Below are positions 1-11,728 of a stretch of 45,240 nt of DNA, piece after piece. The first letter of the stretch is position 1. Each line of letters opens with the position of its first letter. Source of the stretch: Spirogloea muscicola. Its lineage: Eukaryota. A program made the translations under genes and the position numbers. The stretch is from contig WELB01000029.1 of the NCBI GenBank assembly GCA_009602725.1, forward strand, positions 779,892-825,131. Direction: 5' to 3'. Below the pieces are notes generated by a model that saw nothing but the letters and a program-made list of their open reading frames with translations, did no database searches and was not told the origin of the DNA.

Positions 1-32
1 CCGCCGCCGCCGCCGCCGTCGCCGAGCTCGCC

Positions 33-3000
33 ATGGCGGCCGCCGCGGTGCGTTTCCGCCCCCCGCCGGCTCTCGCGACCCCGCTCCTGCCGCCGCCTCG
101 CGTCGGTCGCGCATGGGCCACACCGAGTGGAGAGCCTTGCTCGTTGACCTGGGGCTGCTCCAGCGGCCTTGCGCGGCCAATTGGCGAGGCACGCCGTCTT
201 GCCGCGAGGCGGCCGCCGCCACCAATGCACGGCATCTGTCGGCAGAGGCAGCTCATGCGGGCATCCCGCAGGCGGCGCCAGCCTGAGGCGGCGCCAGCCG
301 GTGCTACCGGATGCTGTTCAAGCAACGGTGGCAGTCATTGCTCATCATCGGTGTCAAGTCCAAAGCGCGCAGCTAGCACGCCTCCCATTGCTCGTGGTCG
401 CACCTCGGTCCGCGGTTCGGCCGCCTGCAGAAGCTGCGTTGCAGATCAGGCTCTCTGGCAGGCCGAGTGGTCATTTGTCAGCTTCGCGACAACAGTTGGA
501 AAGGCGTACTAATGTCGGGAAGTGGCACGGACTATCCAAAGGTTGCAGCGGCAGTCGGGCTGACGTCGGCAAGGCCGCCGGTGTTGTTTCGCAGGCCACC
601 TCTGGGCAGGCGCAGCGGCATGCGGTTCCAAGGTTCGGCCAGTGGTCGGACCCTGCCACCGGGCCGGCCAACTACACCGCCGTCTTTGAAATTGCGAAGG
701 CCGGCAGGCCGCGCCCTGGGTGGGACCTGCCCGACCTGCAGCCGCCTTTGGATAGCGGCAGCGGCGGCGGCGAAGGCGGCGGCCGTGGCGACCAGCGGGG
801 GCCCGTTCCCACCATGGAGCGGCAAGGTGCCAAGGGGGCAGCCGATGCCTCGCCCCTGTCGCCGCAGTTGATGGCAATGCCGGAGGTGTACAAGCGCGGG
901 GACCTGCTGCCGGGAGACCTGCTGCGCAAGGTTCCCAACCTCTCGCGTGACGCCGGCCACGCTACTTCCGGCCGGCCTCCTCAGCCCCCGCAGGTGCGTC
1001 CGCGCGAGGCCCAGCGACGGCGGTATCGCGAAGGTGGAGACGGCGCCGCACAATCCCCTCAGAGAGAGGCCTTTGCTCCCCCGTTGTCATATCGAGAGGA
1101 CATCCGAAGGACCGCCAGCGATGGCGACGCCCTGGGTGACGTGCTCAGCGGCCGTGGACACCCGGGCTCACCTGACTTTGGCTACCAACGCCGGCGGCAC
1201 CAAACAGTGCCGTCGCATCATGACCCACCACCGCAGAGCCGCTGGCAGGCCCCCGAGGAGGGCAGCGGCGACGGCGGCGATGCTCGCAGGGTGGACAGGG
1301 ACGACGATTACCTCGGGAGCCAGCGCGCCTTTGACGATGTCGTCGGCAACCTGGGCTTCCGTGACGAGCACCGGGGCGGTGGTGGCAGCAGGGGGGGCGC
1401 CAGCTCCCAGTCGCCAGCGCGCGCACGACAGAGTCCCCGGGAGGTAGAGCTCGAGCGCCAGCGCTCGCGCAGCCGCGAGCGGAGCGACCTGGAGCAGCTG
1501 GCGGAGCGAGCCGGCATCCCAGCAGACCTCGCCGCCATGGACCTCGGCGACGACAGCCCGCGCCGAGCCCGCACCCCTCCGCGCCCGGCCCCGCACTACG
1601 GCGGCAACAACGACGGCGGGGGGCTTTCTGGTGATCTCGACAGCAGTGGTGGCAGTGGGGAGCAGTTTACGATGCCGCTAAACCGTGCGCGCGCCTTCCT
1701 GGAGCAGCAGTCGGCGTCAAGGCAGGGCAGCATCCGGGAGCGGGCATCGCTCCGCGCTTCTGTGGATAGTCCGACGCGCGATGCCCCCTTCCGATCCTTC
1801 TCGCCGGTGAGGGGCGAGGAGCAGCGGGAGCAGCGCGGGAGCTTGACGCCGACGCGGCGGGCCGTCATCGCTGCCTACAAGGGAAGCGCCACCAACGGTG
1901 GTTCTGGCGGCAGCGGCAGCAGCGGCAGCTCGAGTTCGTCATCACCCAAGCGGCTCGCTCCCCCGGCCGGCTCATACCACCATGGCCACTCTCGCCTTGG
2001 ACCAGCGGGCGGCGGGGGCGGAGGCGGTGGCGCCGGCGGCGCCGTGGCAATGCGCCAAGGTGCATGGCAGGGAGGGGCCCCGATTACGCCGCCGCCGCGC
2101 ACGCCACCGCAGGCACGCCACGAGGCGTCCCCAGGTGGCCTGCTCTACAGTCCCGACTCCAGCCGCGGGTCGCAGTCGCCTGGCTCGCCGTCCTCGGCAC
2201 GCGACTCCCCCTTCCGGCTCGCCACGCCGCCCAATCGCCGGCCTTACCACCAGCCACCGCTGCCATCGCCGCCGCCGCCGCCGCCGCTGCAGCAGCCACC
2301 ACCGCGGCAGCAAGACTTGCAGTACCAGCAACTGCTTGCCAGCTTCGAAGGTGTGCAGGGCTTGGAGGACCTGAGCCACTCTGTGGTGTACCACCCGACA
2401 TACCTGCGGCAGCGCGCGCGGCAGCATGCTGAGCAAGAGCGGCAGCGCGAGCTGGAGATGGAGGTGGAGCTTGGGCGCGAGCGCGAGCTGCGGCAGGGCC
2501 GCTCGGGAGGCCGCCGGGACGAGCGGGCGCCGTACGTCGGCTCCGACCCGCCATCGGATGTATCGCTGGAGGCCACGGGCATCCCAGCTGCCGTCAAGGC
2601 CATGGTGGGGTCTGGCGCCAGCCCCCCGGCCTCGTGCTCGGCCTCCGCCAACTCCAGCTTCGAGTTCACGCCACAGGACGTCGCTGCGCACTATGGGAAG
2701 CCGAAGGCTGCCGAAGGCGGTTATGGAGGCCGCTTCGGCCATCCGAGCGACGAGCGCAGCTCCGGGCCGCCGCCGAGCCGGCCCCCTCCCATGTCACCGC
2801 CATCTGCCGTTGCTGCTTCGTTTGCTGGGCCGGCTGCCGCAGGCCGGCCGCCCCTCCGCCGTGCACCCCTCCCACCAGGCTCGCCCTCAAGGGCGCCGCC
2901 GCTGGCAGCACCTTATGCCCCTGGCGGAGACGCGGCGGAGTTGGAGCGTGACAAGGACAAGGCTGTAGCGCAGCGCAGCGCTGTGGTAGTGCCACTTGAT

Positions 3001-3672
3001 GGGCAGTCCTCTGGCGACGAAAGCCGTGAGGAAGCCGTTGCTCCTGTCAAGGACGTGTTGGAGGTACCTGCCCCACCGGCGCAGACAACATACTACCAGC
3101 CGGTATGTCTCCTCCCCTGCAAGCTTGCTCGCGGTACTCCATCTTGCGATGGACTTATCATGCTCACTGTGGTCATTGTGTGTGCGTGTGTTGCTGGTCG
3201 CTTGAAGCTCCTGTCTCGCTAGTGACTAAGTGAGATCTGGCTGTTTGCCTGCTCTGTCTGTGACACTGTACAGCCTGCTGACACTGCGGTGCCCTTGACA
3301 ATGCGGTTCGATGCTGCCCGTAAGCACCACGGGCCGACCCCCACCATGGCCGATGTCGGCCTTCAGTCGCATGTGAGTGATCAGACTGCAACTATCACTT
3401 TGTTTAAGGTCCGCTGGGTGCCAGAACGTGTCGCTGTTGTCTGCCTTTTGTGACAAGACTGTCTAGCTTATGATTAGTTCGCCGGTGCCAGTGACCACAT
3501 GAGCAGTGCTGAATGCTGAGCACGGCCATTCTGAGACATGTATCTGCAGTTAGTTGACTCTGCTCGCAGTACGAGGCTTGCTGAGCTTCTGGGTTGAGGC
3601 GTCATTTGTGTGCAGGTACCCAAGAAGAAGCAGAGCTCGTGGTTGTCCTGCTTCTGTCCTTTTTCAGAATGA
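33..3672 (+). CDS. NOI/RIN4-family protein with long low-complexity region
   Basis: Exons 33-47 (MAAAA|gtgcgt), 595-3102 (tcgcag|, branch-like gctgac upstream) and 3616-3672, all joined in phase 0. N-terminal AVPRFGQWSD..NYTAVFEIAK matches the NOI/AvrRpt2-cleavage motif PxFGxW..YTxxF. C-terminal VPKKKQSSWLSCFCPFSE* is a polybasic plus Cys tail as in acylated RIN4/NOI proteins. Confidence 0.8.
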
Positions 3673-4667
3673 GCAAGCAGGGCTGTGCACTAGCTCAACC
3701 ATGGGGCCACTTTGGCGCTGCTCATGCGGCGTGTCGCAGATTACTGACCCTCAGGGGTTGCGCTCTGCTACATGCTGCCGATGTCTGAAGGCGCTACCTG
3801 CCGACTTGCACCAAACATTGCAGTCGAGCAAAGAGTGCAAGTAACCTCTCCTTCGCGGCCAAATCATCTACAGCACCAGCTTTGCAGAAGAGGCGGCAAG
3901 TTCACAGTCCATCTCCAGTAATTTGATGAGGTAATTGGCTATCGTGCTTACAGTTGTTGGCGAGCATGACGGGAGATTGAAGTTCATGTTGTTGAGGCTT
4001 CAGCCTCTGGCTAGCTTAGATTCAATAAAAGGGCCATGTCCACCCCCCACACATCCGGCTCCTGCAAAGACGGCCTGGCTTGACAGGCCGGTGCCTGCAG
4101 ACCCCGTTGCCCACGTCAGGCACCCCTTGTGCAAGCTCCAATGTCTGCTTCCAACGCCTAAGCATATGGCTGCTGCTGCCCCTTGGTGGGTCTGTATTTA
4201 CCACTTTATATGGCTAAAGAGCTCTTATAGCTCAATGCTTGTGAGTTGCAACCAAGTACAGTGCTTCAGAGCATGAGAAATACGCTTACTCTGCTCAATG
4301 CAGAGTTCGCTGATTGTCTATCGAAAGATCCATCATATGACCTTGCTATCTGACGTCATTGACGTGATAAGACTGGTCTCAGATGACGCTGTGGATGTCA
4401 TAGTGAACAAGACTCGTGTTGACTGAAAATGAATTTGGCTGAGTAATAGAAGCATTGCTGGAGAAGTGTAGATGCAGGTGTCTGCATCTACTCCACTCTT
4501 TGCCACTGCAGATGTTGCATGTGGAGCTCACAGATGTCCAAGAACTTCTGCCCTCTGTTGTTACGAGCTTGGGTGCTCAATGCAAGCATCCCATACTATT
4601 CTATTGCACGTCAGGTAGTAAAGGTGCACTGAGTAACCACGACTAAGATCTTGTCACGACCACTCTC

Positions 4668-7600
4668 TCATTCGTCGCCCTCGCCGTTGGCATCAGCTTG
4701 GCGGTGGACGCCTTGAGCTCGATACAGCTCAGCCACCTGGAACATCCAGGCACAGATTATCACCTCACACAGGACAAGCTCCTCCAAACACCCAATCTTT
4801 TGAAGGTCTTGAAGAACATGGGGTCTTATGGCTGTGGCTATGACGAGGGCTTGCTGTCTTTGAGTCTACCTGCTCTGCTGATGTCGCTTGCTCTGGCTGC
4901 TTATCTTCCCGCACCCGCAGGAACCTCGGAAACCTCAGCGCGATGCCCTGTGGTGCAGTGTTTGAAGAGCCAATTGAGTGAAATTGTGTCGCTCACCACA
5001 CTGCCACTCATTCTAGGCCACACAGAGACAGGAGCGCATCACATTCAGGACTTTGCACTCCTGTCCACTACCCACAAGACAGTCAGTGCCCTGTGGTGCG
5101 ATGTATGAAGAGGACATTTTGTAGCACGCATGCGGTTACCTTCACAGGGTCCACAGCACCGCAGGCGGCCTTGTGCATGGGGCTGATGGACAGGTCTGCG
5201 GCCTTCACTTCCCACACTTGGCTTGGCAAGAACCAAACATCCACGGGCAACGTCTCGCCGTACCGGTAGTAGGGCTGAGAAGGACAAGGCCAGTAAGTAA
5301 GACCAGCAAGCCTTCTTCATCATTGCATCTAGGAATGAGGCACTTGGGCTTGAGTCTAGGGGTTACATTACAGGGTGCGAGACTCATCATTAGGCTTTGA
5401 AGCGCAGGTCAGGCTACGCAGCAGCCTGGCATGCAGCATAAGCTGTCATGCTCTCACAAGCCGCTGCACATTCCAAAGAATCGAGAATGGGCCTTGCATA
5501 GCTGCATGTGCAACTGAGTCGAAGTAACAAGAGCATCTTTGATCTCCTCACCGGAGGCCTGGGTATGACGTGTTGTTTCAACGAGGCAGACAGCTCCTCC
5601 AAGATGGCCTCCGAGAAGCCGGTTCCTGCACAGCAACAACGTAGCTATTGGCGACAACATCCTCACCCTTTCTCGTAAGCCAGCTTTTGTGCAGCTAGCA
5701 CGCTTGCTGATCAAGGGGTGCTCCATACTGGGTCATGGATGTCATATGCGAAGTCGGTCAATTTCTTCTGCAGGTTATGGGCTGACCAAGACGCAGCGAA
5801 ATCTATCGTCGGACCGAGATGACAGCCTCAAGGACTTTAGATGGTGCTCCGCATCTACGCAGGATGGTGTAGTCATGCGCTTCTTGCAATTTCAGATCAG
5901 AGACTCTTGTTATAGCTAGAGCTACGAGCATTGACTACATGTGCGTCAAAGCAGGATTGAGCCCAGTGACTTTTATATTTGTGCAATACCGATCTTAGTG
6001 ATGCTCTGGTACTCCTCCGAGGTGTCATCATAGCAGGCCAAAAGAAAAGCCCCGAAAACTCCTGCACGTGCCAGAGTTGGGATGTGCTGCATCAGATGGC
6101 TAGTTTATAGTTGTTGACTTGCCAAGACGGATACTCTCACCCACTCCGACATCCGTCCATAGAGGGCACAAGCTGATTGAGAATGTCGCAGAACCCTTAT
6201 TTGAAGCTAACTTGGAGATGCTGAGACTCATAATATCAGCTTGGCGAGCAGCAAGGCATGACCAAGGCGTAGTCTCTCGCATGCTTCCTCAGAGGCAGAG
6301 TACCAGACAGACCTGCCCGCTTGCCCCGGCCATGGAAGGCGCCGATGACCACCAGGTCCAGGGAATCGCCCAAGCTGTGTCAAAGAGATGTGCAAAGGTG
6401 GAGCACATTGCTTCTAGATAAACACGTGAGAGGAATGGCACAGGAACGACGACTGAGACGGCACATTAACCACATTTGACGGAGTCACAGATGCGTCCAG
6501 AGGGTAGAGCGAGTGAAATGGGGGAGTTGAAGGTGCGTGCTCACTTGTCCATGTAGTCCTTCTTGAGCTTGAGCCAATTGTTGGACCGCTTGGCGGGCTC
6601 GTACGTGGCATCATGCTCCAACGTCTTCACCATCAGACCCTCGCAACTGCGAGTCAAGCGAGGCACGCGGTGCCCACACTAAGCATACGCACTCTTGCAG
6701 CAAAGCTCCAGATGCAACCTGCCTTTGCATCACGACTAAGGCTTCTTGGCACATCCCTTGAGACCCGGGACGAAGGCCCTTGCAGTAATCACCTCTGCTT
6801 CACAGCTTCATTGAGGAAGGACTGAATCTCCTCTACATCGCTGGCGGTAATTGCTGTGGCGAATTGGAACTCGCCTTCGACCTCTTGGAAGGACTCATAC
6901 AAGGCCTGCGAGCTCATACCATTATCATGTGCCAATCAAGGAGCCACAACACACGGCTGAGAGTATTCAGTCAGGCCAGCCACCAATCAAGTGACTATCA
7001 CGTCGCGACAGAGGCAACCTTCGAGATGATGAAAATCAGAGCAGCATGACAGGGGTGGGTACCTGACACTGTGCAGGTCATCACCTTGCGGCGGTCGGTC
7101 AGCTGCTCGTGCAGTAGCTCGCGGCCATTGATGTAGAGCAAGTCGAACGCGAAGATGCACACCTGCACCTTGATGTCGCCGACTATGACGCCCTTCTTGG
7201 CACGCGTGCTCAGGACCTGACAAGGGCGAGACCCATGTGCATGCTCAGATGCCATGGAGCAGCTAGTGTGATCCACTGGGAAACAGGAGAGCACCATGTG
7301 TAAGGGCGTCAAAGTTGATCAATGACTTCGAGAGTGCCACCTTGTGGCTTTCAGATGCTGCAAGGAGGTGACTGGTCAATGAGTGCTTGTTTGGCTGCGC
7401 AACCTGGAATGGAAGGATGCGCTTCTGCTCGCGGTCGTACGCCACCGCCTCGCAGTCCAGCACGAAGGATGTGATGCCCTCTTTCTTGTACCTGCCATGG
7501 CCACGGCGTCAAGTCGCAAGATTGACAAAGCAGCGCTTGTAAGGTATACCTGCTTACGGAAATTAATACCATCAGTGAAAGTTGATGTACCAAGTCATAC

Positions 7601-10600
7601 TCCGAGCTGCCTTTCAGGAGTGCAGACACATGGGGAAAGGGAGAGCCTGGCAACACTTCCTGAGACTCAAACAAATTTTTGACTCGCTGCAGCCAGCTTG
7701 GGCCGCAACAGGATGCTGCCAAGCCCATGCATGTGCAGCGACCTCTTCATGGTGGCGACAATGTCTGGGTACTTCTGGGTGTTGCGCTCCGCGTTGCGGC
7801 TGTAGATCTCGACGCTGCCGTCCTCCAGGCAGTGTATCTGTGGAGCCCGGGCGCAGGGGATGGGGGTCAATCAGTGGCCCTCGATGAGGGTACCATGACC
7901 ACCGACCCTAGCGCTGCATAATCTAGCAGCATTCTGCAGACCTTAAGGTCATCATTGAAGTGATAAAGTGGGTGGTCAATCAGTGTGCATGTTGATTGGC
8001 ACAATCGCGTAGATGACTCACCTGCGCGCGCTCGCCATCGTACTTGTACTCGCACGTGAAGACGGAGTTCTGGAACTTGTCAAGGACCTCGGAGATGCCG
8101 CGTGTGGGCTTGGCCAGCATCGGCCCGACGGGCGTGCCCGGTGTAAAGCGGCAGCGCTCGGGCAGCGCACGAATGCCGCCGGGCTCCAGCAGCGCCGGCA
8201 CGACAATGTCATAGTTGGGCAGCACCGAGAACACCTGCTTCATGATTCGCACGGCCTGCCACATTGAAAACATGAATGCAGCGAGATTGTCAGGTCCGTG
8301 TCAGGCAGCTTGGCCAAGGCGCCAGAGCGATGCCGAGCTCATTAACACACTTTGTCTGAACGTTCTGGCAAGATCCTAGGGAAGTGGTTGCAATGTATAT
8401 AGTGACTCCTGTGAGGGGCTTTATTCCTTAGATTGATTCAATGAGCTCGGCAGCTGGGTTTGCACTGATCACCTCCTCCAGGCGTGCAGGAAGATCGGCT
8501 GTGGAAGGCGGAGGGCGCTCGGCGAGCACAGCCGCCTGCGCGAGCGCCGCAAGCACCGTCTGCTCAGCAAGCCCAATGCGCATCTTGCCCTGCAGCAGGC
8601 GCACGATGAAGAGCGGCTCCACGTCGCGCGCCGCCACAATGAGCTGCTTCATCCGCGCTCGCTTCTTGTCCACGCTCTCTTTCCCAGCCTCCTGCACCGC
8701 ACAACGATGACCGCCTGGTGGCCGGATTCAGTTTTTAGCAATACAATCTTAACAGTTTGGATTATGCCTCAGGGTCTATCTGGCAGGTGTGCATCGACAA
8801 GCGAGGATGCCAGCTCAATACCGCCCAAGCGGTATTCCCAGGCCGGCTGACCTTGGCTATGAAGCGGAATGCCTCGAGAACTTTGGCACAGGCCAGCGGC
8901 GGGGCCGGGAACATGGTGCGCTGCGTCGTGCGGCTAGCCCGTGCAACGAGCCCCAGGTCACCACATTCCTGACAACCTCCGTCCGCCGCCGCTGGCGTGT
9001 CAGCGTGATGTGGGGGCGCTCCCCGAGCCAACTGGTGAGTGGAGGCGGCGTTCATCAGCAGCGCTCACTCACCTTGTATTCGGCCTTGATCTGAGCCTCG
9101 CGGCGGCCGGTCGCATCAGCAAGCGCCTTGACGATGGTCGCGTCGCCGATCCCAAGCTCCACGCCCTCGTGCGACGGCGCCACCTTGTTGGCCGCGAGGT
9201 ACACCACTGCCAGAAGGTCTGACGGCGTCGTCGCCATGACGGCTAGGAACAACTTGCACATGATCTCGCCGATCGCCAGCCGGCCCGACTCCTTGGCCAC
9301 CTCTGCAAGCATGGCAGTCATGCAAGGCTCAGCCTGCTAACGCGCAAAGCACCGCATTGAGACCAAGAAAGACTGAAGTGGTTGTTAGGGTTTAGGGTGT
9401 AAAGTTCGGTTGGGGGGTTTGGGGTTAGGATTTTAGGGTTGGGGTTAGGTCAAAGTGTGCGGAGCTCACCCTCAAAGGCTCTGGCGAGGGCGAGGAATGG
9501 CACGGGCTCGCCCGGCTGCCAGGAGGCAGCAGCCATGGGATCAAAGCTGGTGAGGCGCGCGGCGGCCGCGGCAGCTCCGTCTGCACCGCCCTTGGCCTTG
9601 GCCTTGGCCTTGGCCTTGCCACCAGCGGCAGTGGCCAGCGCCCTGGCGCCCTCCATCAGCCGCGCCTCCGCCGCGTCCCCAGGAGCTGCCCCCGCAGCTT
9701 CGCTGTCGCTGCTGGCCGCGTCGCTGCCGTCGTGGTCCGCATCCTCGCTGCTCGCCGGGCCGCCCGCTGCGACTGCGCCGTCGGCAAGCGCCGTATCTGC
9801 TGCCGGTATCACCGCCTGATCTTCCTCCATTGCCGCCACAGAGGTTGGTTGCCCGTTGGTGCTCAAGCGCTGCAGCGACGGCCCCCGGCCTTGTCTGCTG
9901 CTGGCGGCGGCGGGGCCGTCGTCCTCGTTGTTGTCATCATACAGCACCTGGCGCCGCTTGCGGCGCAGCGGCCGCCGGGCATCTGCTCCCTCTGCAGATG
10001 TCCTTGGGGACGGCCCAGCCTCCGCGGCCACCGTCTCGCCGACCCGCCTGGCCGTCTCGCCTCCGGCCACTTCCTCCTTGGAGCCAGTCGCGACCTCTGA
10101 TGCTGGCGCGTTGACGTGCTTGCCAAGTACAAATGCGCAGGGCTTCTCCTGCGGCGTCGCTGCAGCCGGTGTCCTGGTGGCGGCTTCCACCTCGCCATGC
10201 CCCTCGGCAGCTGCCAGTTCACCGTCCATTGGCGCCTTGGCTGCACAATCAACATGGGTGCGCGGGTCACAGCTAGACACACAATGCCGGCTAACGCCCA
10301 GGTAAGGACTCCGCTAATGACTTTGCTAATTAATTCTCCTATACGGAAAAGGAATTGAAGCTCAGCCTTAGACGCAAATGCACTCGGCCGGGGCGGCAGA
10401 CTGTCACCTGGCGACTTGGGTTCACGGCGGACAAGCCGCCGGTGACGCTTCCGGGCGAGCAGGGGGTCGACAGCACTCGGCGCCTCGCTCAGGACGGCGC
10501 CTTCCGCGGCGTCGGCCTCGCTGCCCGGCGCAGCCGCAGGCGCAGCGGCGCCCACCGACGACGGAGCAGCTGCGGCGTTGCATCGCCAGGAGCAGCGCCT

Positions 10601-10910
10601 CCGTCAAAGTCCATCAAAGGGCCAACGTGCGGATTGAACAAGGGTCTCATGAAAAGAATTGATTAGAATCTAAGACTTCCAGCCGAGAGGGCTTGCCTGC
10701 CGGAGAGTCGTGCGCGGCCGCCGCCGGGGCTTCACCGGCCACGTTGGCTTCGCTGCCGCCGCCTTGCGCCTTGGCGGCGGCTGCCGCCGCCGCCGCCGCC
10801 GCCGCCGTGGTGACTGGCGCAGCTGCCGGGCGGTGGTTCTGGAAGAAGGCCCCGATGGACGTCTGCCGCGACGGCGGCGCCGGCCCTGGCGCCGCTGCCG
10901 CCGGCCTCAT
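4668..10910 (-). CDS. LIG1: DNA ligase I (18 exons)
   Basis: Spliced reading gives the DNA-binding domain ([28 protein letters not shown]) and ligase motifs [60 protein letters not shown]-terminal PIP-box-like QTSIGAFF. Stop at 4668-4670. The true start may lie further 5' because an adapter/N junction is 11 nt upstream. Confidence 0.95.
9384..9450. repeat. Degenerate interstitial telomere-like (TTTAGGG) array in LIG1 intron 3
   Basis: gttagggtttagggt...ggggttaggattttagggttggggttagg. Confidence 0.8.
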
Positions 10911-10920
10911 CGCCGCCGCC

Positions 10921-10935
10921 AGATCGGAAGAGCAN
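10921..10935 (+). other. Illumina TruSeq adapter remnant plus N (assembly junction)
   Basis: AGATCGGAAGAGCA followed directly by a single N; unrelated genes are cut on each side. Confidence 0.9.
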
Positions 10936-11728
10936 GCAGGGCCGCTCCTCCCTGGCAGCCAACAAGCAGTCAAATGCTGTTGTCAACCTGGATGAACTTT
11001 CTCCTGGAACAGATTAAGCTGGATGGAGACAAGTGCAGCTTGCATAGTGCAGGAGGTAATAGTCGAAGTCATGCCAACGGGTGACCAGCAGTTATCAACC
11101 TGATGGCATCTCTAATCTCCAGTACTGTCCTCCTGTCTGTGTCGGGCCCCTGAAGAAAGCGGCAGTTCCTGCCGATGACCTCGTCTGCCGAGTAGCCGGT
11201 CATCATGCAGAAGCCCTCACTCGCGAACACGATGGGATGGTCCGTTAGGCGAGGGTCACTGCCAGAGACAGGGAGGAGCACTTGAGCTTGGCAGTTCCCG
11301 GCTGCCTGACGCAATTGCACGCAGTCTGACAAGTTAGCTGCTGCCGGACACGGCGCAGCAGTTGCAGGCTGAGGGCGACAAGAAGGTACTAGAATGCTCT
11401 CGCGAGCACAACTGCTGGTTGCACTGGCCGCAACTACTTCTTCTTAACAACGGCCGTATGCAAGGACGCCAGTAACTAGGTGCTCTTGTGGGCCAATCGC
11501 CAGCTTACGACGAGCACGACCCACACCTTCCAGCAGTCTTGACACTGGCACAGACCTGATGACGAAGTTGTACTGGTGGCGCGTGACAGCGTCAGCGACG
11601 AGGACGTCGTAAGGAACGCCCAGGCTGTTGTGCGTGCCGTTCCGAGGGGACACCGGTTTGCCAATGGCCGCCGCCGCCGCCGAGCCGCCGCCAGTCCTGG
11701 AGCTGCCCGACGCCGCGCTCACCGCCAT
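10936..11728 (-). CDS. LLP: LOV/LOV (PAS/LOV, LLP/PLP-type) blue-light sensor, 5' fragment only
   Basis: Exons ending at 11556, 11258-11100 and 10951-10936 give YDVLVADAVTRHQYNFVI-SDPRLTDHPIVFASEGFCMMTGYSADEVIGRNCRFLQGPDTDRRTVLEIRDAI-REERPC, then the N/adapter. It has the GRNCRFLQG LOV signature and a lead-in resembling plant PLP/LLP LOV1. Start codon uncertain. Confidence 0.8.

Noticed and set aside
169..3222. 1017-aa single-exon ORF taken as the true CDS
   Set aside because: It starts at a TTG inside intron 1 and runs into intron 2; the spliced model with ATG 33 and the Cys tail fits the family better.
4668..11728. LOV-DNA ligase I fusion protein
   Set aside because: The join is an Illumina adapter plus N, so it is an artefact rather than biology.
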